A stretch of 64,000 bases of DNA, from contig JAQWIW010000003.1 in the NCBI GenBank assembly GCA_029248665.1, forward strand, positions 10,951-74,950, in the 5' to 3' direction. The stretch comes from Opitutia bacterium. Lineage in GTDB: Bacteria; Verrucomicrobiota; Verrucomicrobiia; Opitutales; Coraliomargaritaceae. Shown in pieces: positions 31,457-42,088 of the stretch. The translations under genes were made by a program, and so were the position numbers. The notes under the pieces were generated by a model that was not told the origin of the DNA, ran no database searches, and worked only from the letters and a program-made list of their open reading frames with translations. Position 1 is the first letter of the stretch; each line of letters starts with the position of its first letter.

Positions 31457-33043
31457 TTATAATTTAATCACGCGATATTTTTCAATCGCTTCATGTTCCA
31501 CAATTCGCTGTGTCGCTTTCTCCGAAGGAACGCTATCAATTTCAAAAACACTCACGGCAAAACCTTCGCCCTTATCTCGGCTTAATGACATATTGGCAAT
31601 GTTCACACTGTCTTCGCCAAGAACCTGCCCAATAAAGCCAACGATACCGGGAACATCTTTATTTTTTAAGACAATCAAAGTTGCGTCAGTATTAACTTCT
31701 ACACTGTGTCCATCAATTAAAACAATTCTTGGGACTTGTTGTTTGCCGAATAAAGAGCCACTGATACTCCGTGTTTTGCCAGCGTTATTGATTACGGATA
31801 CTTCAATTAATTCATTGAAATCATCATGCACTGAAATCTTCACCTCCTCTGACTGTATGCCTAGTCTTGTAATTTTCTTTGGAGCATTTACGTCATTCAC
31901 ATTTTCAGAAATCTCACGAAGAAACCCTCTTTGAATCGCATTTGTCAAAGGCAAGGTTTCTAATTCAGCCATTTTACCGTAATAGCGAATAATCATCTTT
32001 TCAATTCCTTCAGGCCCTAATTGCTGAGAAAATGTTCCTAATTTTTCACCTAAACTAATATAAGGGGCTAAACGCTCAAGGACTTGCGGATCAACTGATG
32101 GCATATTCAGAGCATTCATGACCATACCACCTTTTAAAGTTTCGATCATTTGACGAGCCACATCAATACCGACATTTTCCTGTGCCTCTTGGGTAGAAGC
32201 TCCTAAATGCGGGGTGACCACTAAATTGGGAAGCGAACGAAGTTCACTGTCTTCAGCCGGTGGTTCATCCTCATAAACATCTAAGCCTGCTGCGGCAATA
32301 TGTCCTGATTTTAGTCCTTCAATCAAAGCGGACTCATCGATGATTCCACCTCTAGCACAATTGAAAATTCGCACCCCTTTTTTCATTTGCTGAATGGTTT
32401 TCGTATTAATCATGTGCTTGGTGTCTGCCGTCAAAGGCATGTGCACAGTGATATAATCAGATTGGGCGACAAGTTCATCAAATTTAGCCAAACTGACTCC
32501 AAGGTCTTTGGCACGAGCTTCTGTTAAATAAGGGTCATAAGCCAAAACTTGCATTTGGAAGGCTCTTGCTCGCTTTGAAACTTCCGCACCAATACGACCC
32601 ATACCAAGTACGCCTAATGTTTTTCCATTTAATTCTGATCCAGTAAATTTTTTACGATCCCAGGCACCTTCTCGCATTCTTGCACAGGCTTGAACAATTG
32701 GACGAGTGCCCGCCAACATATGGGTAAAGGTGAGCTCTGCAGTAGCAATTGTATTGCCCGTAGGTGTATTCATGACGATGACACCATGATCGGTTGCCGC
32801 TTCGATATCTATATTATCAACACCCACTCCAGCACGACCCACTACTTTTAAATTTTTCGCTGCCGCAAAAACTTCTGCGGTCACTTTTGTTTCCGATCGT
32901 ACGGCAATTCCGTCTACATCCTTGACCAAATCTAATATTTGCTCTGGGGAAGATCCATAGGCCTCAATAACCTCAAATCCTGTTTCTGCTTTAAATAAAT
33001 CAACTCCAATTGGAGAAATTCGATCTGCAACTAATATTTTCAT
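31457..33043 (-). CDS. serA: D-3-phosphoglycerate dehydrogenase (long type with ASB and ACT domains)
   Basis: 'GVLGMGRIGAEV' and 'NCARGGIIDE'; C-terminal ACT region 'KDVPGIVGFIGQVLG'. Confidence 0.94.
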   Translation of the reverse strand: MKILVADRISPIGVDLFKAETGFEVIEAYGSSPEQILDLVKDVDGIAVRSETKVTAEVFAAAKNLKVVGRAGVGVDNIDIEAATDHGVIVMNTPTGNTIATAELTFTHMLAGTRPIVQACARMREGAWDRKKFTGSELNGKTLGVLGMGRIGAEVSKRARAFQMQVLAYDPYLTEARAKDLGVSLAKFDELVAQSDYITVHMPLTADTKHMINTKTIQQMKKGVRIFNCARGGIIDESALIEGLKSGHIAAAGLDVYEDEPPAEDSELRSLPNLVVTPHLGASTQEAQENVGIDVARQMIETLKGGMVMNALNMPSVDPQVLERLAPYISLGEKLGTFSQQLGPEGIEKMIIRYYGKMAELETLPLTNAIQRGFLREISENVNDVNAPKKITRLGIQSEEVKISVHDDFNELIEVSVINNAGKTRSISGSLFGKQQVPRIVLIDGHSVEVNTDATLIVLKNKDVPGIVGFIGQVLGEDSVNIANMSLSRDKGEGFAVSVFEIDSVPSEKATQRIVEHEAIEKYRVIKL

Positions 33044-33206
33044 AATTAACTAATGAAATAGAAATAGATTTAAGAACTTGCAATGAAAACTATCTTTTTT
33101 TCAAAAAAGAGAGCCTTTTTCAGCTAAAAAGCCGAACTTGACAGTCTCAAAGCAGAGTGACAAAAAGCTTTAAACGATAGAAAATCTACTTAGAAAGAAA
33201 ATATAT

Positions 33207-33764
33207 ATGGCATCCCCAACGAACGTTAGAAAAGGAAAAGTGCTTAAATTTCAAGGTACACCACATCTTGTTCTCGATGTACTTCACAGAACACAAGGAC
33301 GACAAGCTGGCTTTATGCAGGTTACAATGCGTAATTTAAATACTGGCTCTAGTACCAATACAAAAATTCGAACCACGGATAGTGTAGAAATTCTCCACAC
33401 GGATAATCGTAAACTTGAATTTTCCTATAAAGATCAAGATGGTTACCATTTTATTGATCCTGAAACTTTTGAAGATACTTTACTTAATGAAGCCATGGTC
33501 AGCGATGCAATAGACTTTTTAGTAGAAAATTCTGCCTACAGTATACTATTTGTAAGCGATGACCCTATTTCTATAGACTTACCTGCATCTGTAGAAATGA
33601 AAGTTATTCAATCACCCGAAGGCATCCGAGGGGATACAGCAAGTAATGTACAGAAGCCTGCCACTTTAGAAACAGGACTAACTGTACAAGTTCCTTTATT
33701 TATTAAAGAAGGTGAAATCATCAAAGTATCGACAACTGATCGATCTTATATGAGTAGAGCCTAA
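33207..33764 (+). CDS. efp: elongation factor P
   Basis: 'RKGKVLKFQGTPHLVLDV', 'KPATLETGLTVQVPLFI' and a length of 185 aa. Confidence 0.95.
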   Translation: MASPTNVRKGKVLKFQGTPHLVLDVLHRTQGRQAGFMQVTMRNLNTGSSTNTKIRTTDSVEILHTDNRKLEFSYKDQDGYHFIDPETFEDTLLNEAMVSDAIDFLVENSAYSILFVSDDPISIDLPASVEMKVIQSPEGIRGDTASNVQKPATLETGLTVQVPLFIKEGEIIKVSTTDRSYMSRA

Positions 33765-33774
33765 GCAGTACTAA

Positions 33775-33818
33775 AAAGACAAAGCTTTAGAAAATTATCA
33801 AAAGCTTTGTTGTTTTAA
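33775..33818. terminator. bidirectional intrinsic terminator between convergent efp and the thymidine phosphorylase gene
   Basis: Perfect 10-bp inverted repeat ACAAAGCTTT (33779-33788) / AAAGCTTTGT (33800-33809) with an 11-nt loop. It is flanked by an A-run on the left and a T-rich tract on the right. Confidence 0.6.
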
Positions 33819-33832
33819 ATTTATCAAAAAAT

Positions 33833-35170
33833 TTAAGCGACTCGCTCAGCGATTAAATCAGGCGCATTGGGTCTCTTAGGTGCCAAACGATAAGCAGACT
33901 TTAAGAATTCCAAGGCTTCCTCCATCTTTGTTTCATCATTATAATGAATCATCATTAAAGGCTCTCCTTGTTTTACTTGTGTACCTACTTTTTTGATTTC
34001 TGAGACCCCTACAGCAGGATCCATTGTCTTATTAGGCAACATCGCTAATTTCTGAACACCTTCTGCTATCATTCCTGCATTAATCGTGTGCACGTATCCA
34101 CGCTTTGGAGCGGGAAGCTTACGAATATATTTTGCTTTAGGGAATTTATCTGGATCATCAATCACCGAAGTATCACCTCCTTGAGCGGCAATCATTTCTT
34201 TAAATTTCTCTAAAGCTGAACCATCATTTAAGTGTCTCAAAACTGTCTGCTTTGCGGATAAAGTTGAACCTGCAACACCCGCTAATCGAACAATTTCCAT
34301 TCCTAGTTTCAAGATCAACTCTTGCAAATCCTGAGGTCCACGACCGCTCAATAGCTCAATCGCTTCTTGAATTTCTAGAGCAGTTCCTACCGAATCACCT
34401 AGAGGTTGATTCATATCTGTAACTAATGCTACACAGCGACGCTTCTTCATAGAGCGCACTACACGGGTGATAAAACGAGCCAATTGTCTAGCTTGCTCGA
34501 TGTCACGAATAAATGAACCATTGCCCCATTTAACGTCCACGACTAAACTCTCTGCACCTTCTGCTAGCTTACGGCTTAATGCACTTCCAGTGATTAAAGG
34601 AATACTAGGAATTGATCCGGTTTGCTGCCTAAGCTTATATAGCATAGCATCTACTGGAGCAATTTCTTCATTTTGTTCAATAATTGCACATCCTACTTGC
34701 TTTAACTGCCCTTTAAAATCATCAATACTCAACCGTGGGTTGAAATTAGGAATTGCCGATAATTTATCTAAATTGCTAATGACATACTCTTCATCTTGGC
34801 CATTCATTGTAGGCATGACAACTCCAGCAGCTGCGGCCAGAGGTGCCAAAACTAAAGATGACTTATCACCGACACCACCTGTAGAATACTTATCGATCTT
34901 CGGGCGCGCAATGTGAGTCAAATCAATCATTTCTCCAGACAGCATCATTTCTTCTGCAAAAACAGCTGTCTCTTGTGCCGACATATTTTGGAAATATATG
35001 GCCATAGCTAGAGCAGATTGCTGATAGTCAGGAATCTCTTCATCTAAAATTGAATCTACTAAGAAGCGAATTTCATCTTCTGAAAATTCACCGCCATCAC
35101 GTTTTTTTTCGATTAAATGTCGAAATGAAGGCTTTATAAATTTGCGTGTACTAATGATTTTTTTGCGCAT
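33833..35170 (-). CDS. deoA: thymidine / pyrimidine-nucleoside phosphorylase
   Basis: 'IEKKRDGGEFSEDEIRFLV', 'DKYSTGGVGDK' and 'SIPLITGSALSRKLAEG'. Confidence 0.92.
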   Translation of the reverse strand: MRKKIISTRKFIKPSFRHLIEKKRDGGEFSEDEIRFLVDSILDEEIPDYQQSALAMAIYFQNMSAQETAVFAEEMMLSGEMIDLTHIARPKIDKYSTGGVGDKSSLVLAPLAAAAGVVMPTMNGQDEEYVISNLDKLSAIPNFNPRLSIDDFKGQLKQVGCAIIEQNEEIAPVDAMLYKLRQQTGSIPSIPLITGSALSRKLAEGAESLVVDVKWGNGSFIRDIEQARQLARFITRVVRSMKKRRCVALVTDMNQPLGDSVGTALEIQEAIELLSGRGPQDLQELILKLGMEIVRLAGVAGSTLSAKQTVLRHLNDGSALEKFKEMIAAQGGDTSVIDDPDKFPKAKYIRKLPAPKRGYVHTINAGMIAEGVQKLAMLPNKTMDPAVGVSEIKKVGTQVKQGEPLMMIHYNDETKMEEALEFLKSAYRLAPKRPNAPDLIAERVA

Positions 35171-35402
35171 TTTGGTTACAGATGATAAGGTGAATTAAAA
35201 AGAATTAAAATCATACGTTCTTATGTGATAAACATGAGACAATATCTTAATTGCTTATTGGCATAAGCGTCTCATTGCTAGCTTGTTGCGATAAATTGTC
35301 AAGATTAATCGCTCTTGTAAGCAATTTACTACTTGTCCATACATCTAAGTCTTCTTTACTTTCTTATTATTAATAACGTAATGGATACTTTAATAAAAAC
35401 TC

Positions 35403-37202
35403 ATGGAAATATCATTTAACCCAATTCATTCCATAGATAGAGCAATCAGTTTGCTTTTCAAAAATGATGCTGAGTTATTACAACAATTCAAAGGTTCCTT
35501 TGACCCAGTCATTAGGGTTGCAGACCCTAAGTTTGCAGATTTTCAAGTAAATGGGATACTTCCATTAGCAAAAAAGAATCGCTTAAATCCTGTTCAGTTA
35601 GCGAACACTGTTTGCAAGAAACTCACAGATTCACAAACGATCGACTCTAACTTATTTGAACTATCTGTCGCAGGACCTGGCTTTATTAACTTTAAACTTA
35701 AAGCAAGCTACTTATCTAAATGGCTGGAAAGCTATTCCTCAGCACAAGCCATTCAGCAAGAAACATCCCAATGGTTAAACAAAGAAATAACCGTTATAGA
35801 TTTTCCCAGTGCAAATACAGCTAAACAAGCTCATATAGGACACCTAAGACCTATGGTTATTGGTGAGTCCATTGCTCGAATACTTGAATTTTCGGGGGCT
35901 ACGGTTATCCGAGATAACCATATAGGCGATTGGGGAACCAACTTTGGAAGCTTAATTATGATTCTAAAGAAAAAAGGAATCACCATAAATGAATTTGAAA
36001 ATCCAGCAGAAGCACTTGAGCTGATTGATAGTCTTTATAAAGAAGCAACCACTCTAGAAAACAACAATCCTGAATTAAGAGACATTTCCAGAAACGAACT
36101 CTTAAAGCTACAAAACGGAGATTCTGAAAACACCCTAATCTGGCAATCTATCATTGATGTTTCTAACCAAGCCTTTGAAAAACTATTTGAACAGTTGGCC
36201 GTAAAAATTGATTACACCTTAGGCGAATCTTTCTACAAAGATAAGGTCCAACGAATTTATGACGAATTACTGACGCTTGAAATTGCCGAAAAAAGCGATG
36301 GTGCTCTTGTTGTTTGGCACAATGAAATTAAGAAATTTGCTAAAGACAATAAGCGTCCTTTCCCCTTTAACATACGAAAAAAAGACGGGGCCTCTAATTA
36401 TGCCTCTACGGATTTAGCGACTATACTTTATCGGATTGAACACTTTAAAGCCCAATCAGTTATCTATTTAACGGATTCAAGGCAACAAGACCACTTCGAA
36501 CAACTTTTTTTAACCACAAAAAAATGGTTTCAAAAAAAAGACTACCCTCTACCAAAACTTAAACACGTTTGGTGGGGTACGATTCTAGGTAGCGACAATA
36601 AACCCATTAAAACAAAATCAGGAGAATCTATAAAACTACAATTATTAATAGATGAAGCTATTGAGCGAGCCCTGAAAGTTGTTACCGAAAAAAACCCAAG
36701 CTTACCTGTAGAAGAACAAAGAACTATTGCTAAAGCAGTCGCAATTGGAGCATTAAAATATGCAGACTTATCTTCTAATAGAACTCAAGACTACGTATTT
36801 GATTGGGATCGCATGCTTAGCTTCGAAGGCAATACAGCACCCTACCTTCTTTATGTAATCGCTAGAATTAACAGTATATTCAGAAAGGCAGATCTTGATC
36901 TATCCGATTCAAGCATAAATCATCATTTTGACGTTAGGACGACCTACGAAATACAATTAGCAAGAAAACTAATTCAATTCCCGATTACTTTAAACCAAAC
37001 GCTTTCAGATCTAAGACCGCACTTCCTTTCAACTTACCTTTTTGAACTAGCTGGGGTCTTCAATACTTTTTATAATAACGAAAAAGTCATAGATGCTGAT
37101 TCGTCTATACAGCAGCGAAGAATTTCACTCTGCCATAGAACCCATACTGTTTTAAGCATAGGGCTAAATTTACTTGGGATCACCACAGTTGATCGGATGT
37201 AA
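35403..37202 (+). CDS. argS: arginine--tRNA ligase
   Basis: 'PSANTAKQAHIGHLR' (HIGH motif), an ArgS N-terminal domain and a DALR anticodon-binding domain, ending in 'DRM'. Confidence 0.95.
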   Translation: MEISFNPIHSIDRAISLLFKNDAELLQQFKGSFDPVIRVADPKFADFQVNGILPLAKKNRLNPVQLANTVCKKLTDSQTIDSNLFELSVAGPGFINFKLKASYLSKWLESYSSAQAIQQETSQWLNKEITVIDFPSANTAKQAHIGHLRPMVIGESIARILEFSGATVIRDNHIGDWGTNFGSLIMILKKKGITINEFENPAEALELIDSLYKEATTLENNNPELRDISRNELLKLQNGDSENTLIWQSIIDVSNQAFEKLFEQLAVKIDYTLGESFYKDKVQRIYDELLTLEIAEKSDGALVVWHNEIKKFAKDNKRPFPFNIRKKDGASNYASTDLATILYRIEHFKAQSVIYLTDSRQQDHFEQLFLTTKKWFQKKDYPLPKLKHVWWGTILGSDNKPIKTKSGESIKLQLLIDEAIERALKVVTEKNPSLPVEEQRTIAKAVAIGALKYADLSSNRTQDYVFDWDRMLSFEGNTAPYLLYVIARINSIFRKADLDLSDSSINHHFDVRTTYEIQLARKLIQFPITLNQTLSDLRPHFLSTYLFELAGVFNTFYNNEKVIDADSSIQQRRISLCHRTHTVLSIGLNLLGITTVDRM

Positions 37203-37319
37203 TCAATGATTCTATCTGCTACTCCCAATTAATCAGTCTCTGTATATATTAAAAGAAGAGCGCACCGAAATTCTCACATCCTAGATAATCATTAGAATCT
37301 CAAGTAAAAACTACAGTCA

Positions 37320-38486
37320 TTACGCAATTTCCCATTGGTAATTAAACTTTGAAAGCTTTTCTGAGCCTTCTTTGGTAACCGCAAAAACATCTTCAATCCT
37401 ACAACTTCCGATATTAGGATAGTATAAACCTGGTTCAACGGTGATGACATGATTGGCTTTCAACTTATTCTTAAATATTGAAACCTTCGGGTCTTCGTGA
37501 ATATCGAGCCCGAGACCATGACCTGTAGAATGGATAAATCCAACAAAACTATCTGAATCGCATTCGTGTTCTGTTAAATATCCATTTTGATTAAAATAAG
37601 AAGCTACTGCATCATGAATTAAGCTTCCACAGACATTCGCTTTAATTTTAGAAACGGCTAACTTTTGCGCTTCTTTGACTGAATAAACTAATTTCTTTTG
37701 AGCTTCATTTGCTTTGCCCTTTAAAAAAGTTCGAGTCATGTCTCCATGATATCCGCTTTCTTTTATTTTTGGAAAAATATCGACAATAATTAACTGATTA
37801 GCCTTCAGTGAACCGTACCCAATTTGATGCGGATCGCTTGCTTGAATTCCTCCTGCAACTATTGTAGAGCTTGCGATTGAACCTTTCTCAAATAAAGCAA
37901 GTTCAATCATTGAACGTAAGCGCTCAGATGACAAAACTGATCCATCCAAATACAATTTGCCTTTTTTAATCCTTGAAGCTTTCAATGCTGACTGTGCGAT
38001 ACCTAAACCATAAGCACTCGCTTTATTACCAATTTTGATGCATTTAATCTCTTCTTGACTCTTTTGTTCCCTTTCAGGAAAAAGCGAGCCTGCCGAAAGC
38101 TCTATCGGAATTTTTAATTTTTGTAGCTCTAATAATAAAAAAGATGGGAAATATTTTGGAATTAAAATTGTATTTGCTTTATATAAATCAAAAAAATACT
38201 GTACGAAATATTTAAGACTGAACTCTTTTTTAGCTAAATGATAATGATCTACAATCTTTGCTTTTAACGCCTCTATTTCATAAATTTTTGTATATTTAGA
38301 TTCTTTTTTAACTCTAGCATATTCTAATTGATTCACAATCGCGATTTTATGTCGCCCTGCTATCAATGAAAGGTATGGATCTGGAACTTTTACTCCTGAT
38401 ATATAAAAGGCATCTGAACAATCACTGCTCGAAGCATATAGACATTTCAATTTCATACTATATAAACAATTAGATAAATTGCTCAA
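37320..38486 (-). CDS. M24-family Xaa-Pro aminopeptidase
   Basis: 'GYHGDMTRTF', 'HSTGHGLGLDIHE', 'VEPGLY' and 'RIEDV' are the metal ligands of the pita-bread fold. An alternative start lies at 38456. Confidence 0.85.
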   Translation of the reverse strand: MSNLSNCLYSMKLKCLYASSSDCSDAFYISGVKVPDPYLSLIAGRHKIAIVNQLEYARVKKESKYTKIYEIEALKAKIVDHYHLAKKEFSLKYFVQYFFDLYKANTILIPKYFPSFLLLELQKLKIPIELSAGSLFPEREQKSQEEIKCIKIGNKASAYGLGIAQSALKASRIKKGKLYLDGSVLSSERLRSMIELALFEKGSIASSTIVAGGIQASDPHQIGYGSLKANQLIIVDIFPKIKESGYHGDMTRTFLKGKANEAQKKLVYSVKEAQKLAVSKIKANVCGSLIHDAVASYFNQNGYLTEHECDSDSFVGFIHSTGHGLGLDIHEDPKVSIFKNKLKANHVITVEPGLYYPNIGSCRIEDVFAVTKEGSEKLSKFNYQWEIA

Positions 38487-38512
38487 ATTACGATTAAAAA
38501 ATCCAAGCAGCT

Positions 38513-39022
38513 ATGTTTCGTAAGCCCACATTAATTAATTATTTGCTAGTCATCATTATAGCGATTTTTTGTACAAATTGCAATGAAGAGCCAAACCGTG
38601 AAAATTTTGACTTCCAACACTATTTCCCTCTTTCCATTGATCAGAAAGAATTTTTTGTGCAAATAGCAATCGACCCCAAAGAGCATAGGCAAGGTCTAAT
38701 GTTTAGAAATAGCCTTGATGAAAACCACGGCATGTTATTTGCTTTCAGTTATCCCAAACAGGTCGCTTTTTGGATGAAAAATGTCCCAATACCTCTAGAT
38801 ATAGGCTACTTTGATTCAAATGGCAGATTAATTGAAATCCATTCACTATACCCTAATGATGAAACCCAAATTGTTTCTAAAAGCCATAGTATCCAATATA
38901 CACTTGAAATGAATAAAGGTTGGTATCATCAAAATAAGATAAGCACTGGAAAATATATAGATTTGGAAAATGCACTTAAATATATTCAATTGAGAAAAAC
39001 TTCACTTAATTTAAAAGATTAA
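38513..39022 (+). CDS. DUF192-domain protein (secreted or membrane-anchored)
   Basis: 'GLMFRNSLDENHGMLFAF' and 'FWMKNVPIPLDIGYFD' are characteristic of DUF192. It has an N-terminal hydrophobic anchor. Confidence 0.7.
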   Translation: MFRKPTLINYLLVIIIAIFCTNCNEEPNRENFDFQHYFPLSIDQKEFFVQIAIDPKEHRQGLMFRNSLDENHGMLFAFSYPKQVAFWMKNVPIPLDIGYFDSNGRLIEIHSLYPNDETQIVSKSHSIQYTLEMNKGWYHQNKISTGKYIDLENALKYIQLRKTSLNLKD

Positions 39023-39025
39023 ACT

Positions 39026-40588
39026 ATGAATTCTTTAGCTAATAAAAATTGGAAACATTGGGAACGGAGACGATCTCACAAAATAAACCCTGTAAGCTAT
39101 TTATATATAATTATTCTAAGTATGTTGGCTTATTTTCCACTTTTACAAAACAATATACTTTGGCAAAACTATGATGAAGTGAATCGATCTTTTTTTCCAA
39201 CTTTGGATTCATGGAAGTCTATTTTTTCAAGTTCTATTTTTTGGAACGAAAACCCGATTGCTTTAGCCACCTATTTTATTGAAAGTTTTATACCCTTACC
39301 AGAAGCCTTTGCTCATCGATTTATAAACATAGTTCTACATAGCACAGCAGCTATTCTTTTATTTCGTTTACTCAATCGAATGCATGTATCGGGAGCATTC
39401 TTAACTTCTTTAATTTTCACCATCCATCCAGTGGTGGTACAAACTATCTTTTGGCCAGGCTATAGATCTACATTAATAGCACTTTGCCTAACGCTATGGT
39501 GCCTTTACTTGGCATTGGATAAAAAAAATAAAAAGAATTCCAACATAGCCTTCATTCTTGCTGGTATAATCGCAATCATTCACCCAATTGCCTTAATCAT
39601 TCCACTAATACTTTTTTTGCACAGATTTGTTAAAAACAAGATATTTAAATTAGAGGATTTCAATAAGGTAATCCCTTATGTTGCCATTGTTTTAGTGCTC
39701 AGTATTGTAACTGAGGTATTTGAAAACCATTCGATGCATCAGCTTAACCTAGTTGACAGTCAAAACTCAGAGCAAGTCCCTAGTTTTACTTACCAATTAT
39801 TGGAATATTTGAAAATCGTTTACTTCCCTTTCGGCACGGCCTTCTTCAGTCCAATCGATGGTGAATCGACGTTTTCTTCATACTTCCTACTTCCCTATCT
39901 CTCATTATTTATAATCTTTTTCTTTTTATTTTATAAAATAACCACCATATGGGCTCGTTTATTAATTATGGGGTTATCGTTGCTATTTACCTTATTTGTC
40001 TATGCCTCTTGCCAAAATGGGTTTTTCTTAGATGGCACATATGCTTTAGATGATTCTCTTGTCTATATTACCATAATACCAGCAATTGCTATAGTCTCTA
40101 GCTCAATTAATGCATTAGTTGTACATAGGGCTCCACAATTTAAAATTTTATGGTATCTGCTAGTAGGAATATTAATTATTACTTCAACCAGTATTACTTT
40201 CAGCAGAAGCTTACTCTACAGTAAAACACTTAAAATGTGGGAATATTTCAGTATCACTTGGAGCGATTCGGTAACGCCAAAGCAGGCGATGAGCGATTAC
40301 TTAATTAATAATGGTTATGGTAACTATGATATTAATGACCATATTTACTTCTTAGAATTTATTCTAGAAAAGACCCCTGAGAATATTGAACAAAAAATAA
40401 ATCTTGCTCGCTTATACGTTGAGGATGAACAAAACGATAATGCCCAAAAACTTTACGAAATAATTGTAAATGATGATCAAGTAAGAAACCCAAAGATTCT
40501 AGATGAAGCAGCTAACTTTTTCGAGCTTCAAGGCTTATATTGGAATGCTAGAAAAACCAGAGATTTGCTAAATGAAAAAGTTCAATAA
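39026..40588 (+). CDS. polytopic membrane protein with C-terminal TPR region (TMTC/PMT_2-like glycosyltransferase candidate)
   Basis: About 11 TM segments. 'AHRFINIVLHSTAAILLFRLL' resembles the conserved helix of TMTC/DUF1736-type proteins. The C-terminal 'LARLYVEDEQNDNAQKLYE' region is TPR-like. Confidence 0.45.
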   Translation: MNSLANKNWKHWERRRSHKINPVSYLYIIILSMLAYFPLLQNNILWQNYDEVNRSFFPTLDSWKSIFSSSIFWNENPIALATYFIESFIPLPEAFAHRFINIVLHSTAAILLFRLLNRMHVSGAFLTSLIFTIHPVVVQTIFWPGYRSTLIALCLTLWCLYLALDKKNKKNSNIAFILAGIIAIIHPIALIIPLILFLHRFVKNKIFKLEDFNKVIPYVAIVLVLSIVTEVFENHSMHQLNLVDSQNSEQVPSFTYQLLEYLKIVYFPFGTAFFSPIDGESTFSSYFLLPYLSLFIIFFFLFYKITTIWARLLIMGLSLLFTLFVYASCQNGFFLDGTYALDDSLVYITIIPAIAIVSSSINALVVHRAPQFKILWYLLVGILIITSTSITFSRSLLYSKTLKMWEYFSITWSDSVTPKQAMSDYLINNGYGNYDINDHIYFLEFILEKTPENIEQKINLARLYVEDEQNDNAQKLYEIIVNDDQVRNPKILDEAANFFELQGLYWNARKTRDLLNEKVQ

Positions 40589-42088
40589 ACTAGGATATAA
40601 TCCAGCCAGAGAAACTGAACCTATTAATATAATTAATATAATTTTTTGAGGAGCAGTTAAGGTAATTACTTCTTTTAAACAGTCTGTATTATCTTCATTC
40701 GGAATAAAGAAGATTGAGCGAATCCAAGCAAAATAATAGTAAATTGAGATAACCACTCCGATTATCGCTACCGCTAACAAGCCATACAAACCAGCTTGGT
40801 AAGCCACAATAAATAGTAATACTTTAGCTATAAACCCTCCAAGTGGCGGCACTCCTGCTAAAGAGGCAATTCCGATTAAACTAGCGACACCCAGTAGAGG
40901 ATTCTTTTTATAAAGCCCCTGGTAATTTTTAGTTTCTAAGAGCGAATCATCCTCGTTATCCATATAAGCAAGTGATGCAAAAACTAAAAACGAACTCAAT
41001 AAATAAAGAGAGAGATAAAATAAAACCACATCTAAGGCTTGTGGTATCGTATAACTCGCAATAACACCTAGTAATAAATAGCCTGCATGAGAAATTCCAG
41101 ATAAACCAATTAGGCGTTTAATATTAACCTGTCCAGTTGCTGAAATATTTCCAAATAAAATAGTCAGTACGCTAAGAACAGATAAGATTGGAATTAAAAA
41201 AGCATCCAGTGCTAAAAATGGACCCTGTAATAATTGAATTAGCACAAAAACACCGGCAGCTTTTGAAGCAACCGCAAGAAAAGACATTGTTGGTGTAGGC
41301 GCACCTTGATAAACGTCCGGTACCCAAATCTGAAATGGTACTAAGCCAATTTTAAAACTGATGCCTGCCAATACAAATAAGGCCCCCAGCTGAACAATCA
41401 AGTTATCTGAATTTAGGCCAATAAACGACTGCAATGCTTGAAACTGGAATCCATCGTTAATAAATCCATTCATTTCAGGATTTCCGGAAATTCCATATAA
41501 TAGCACTATTCCAAATAATAAAATTGCTGTACTCAATCCACCCAAAGTTAAATATTTTAAACCAGCTTCTAATGATAGCACATTCGTTCGTTGAAAAGCC
41601 ACTAAAACATAAAAGGCCACGGTAACCAACTCAAGGCAAACAAAGAGAGAGATAAAGTGTGAGCATTGCACTAAAAGCATAAATCCAGCACATGAAAGCA
41701 ATATCAAATGAAGATACTCTGCTTTCGGTAAGGATTTCTTAGATAAAAATTGCCCGCTAATTAAAGTTACAAAAAGAGAAGCAAATACAAAAAAACTGCG
41801 CATAAATTGATTGCTGTCCGTTTGCTCAATCAATCCACCAAAATGAGATATATTTTCTATATAAAAAGTACTTTTATCTAGAAACAGGATCCCTAAAACA
41901 AAAATATAACCACAAATGGCCACTGGCATTAGGTACTTTTCTCGCCATACTCTTTTTTTAGACTTCAGAAATAAATCGATTCCTAATATTGCAAACGCAA
42001 TTAAGGCCAAAATAATCTCTGGCATAAGGAGCAACCAATCATTGGTTAAACTAATCTCTCTTAAAAAATTGGTATATGAATCATTCAT
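40568..42088 (-). CDS. nuoN: NADH-quinone oxidoreductase subunit N
   Basis: Antiporter-like subunit, 14 TM, last gene of the J-K-L-M-N block. 8-nt overlap with nuoM. Confidence 0.9.
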   Translation of the reverse strand: MNDSYTNFLREISLTNDWLLLMPEIILALIAFAILGIDLFLKSKKRVWREKYLMPVAICGYIFVLGILFLDKSTFYIENISHFGGLIEQTDSNQFMRSFFVFASLFVTLISGQFLSKKSLPKAEYLHLILLSCAGFMLLVQCSHFISLFVCLELVTVAFYVLVAFQRTNVLSLEAGLKYLTLGGLSTAILLFGIVLLYGISGNPEMNGFINDGFQFQALQSFIGLNSDNLIVQLGALFVLAGISFKIGLVPFQIWVPDVYQGAPTPTMSFLAVASKAAGVFVLIQLLQGPFLALDAFLIPILSVLSVLTILFGNISATGQVNIKRLIGLSGISHAGYLLLGVIASYTIPQALDVVLFYLSLYLLSSFLVFASLAYMDNEDDSLLETKNYQGLYKKNPLLGVASLIGIASLAGVPPLGGFIAKVLLFIVAYQAGLYGLLAVAIIGVVISIYYYFAWIRSIFFIPNEDNTDCLKEVITLTAPQKIILIILIGSVSLAGLYPSLLNFFI

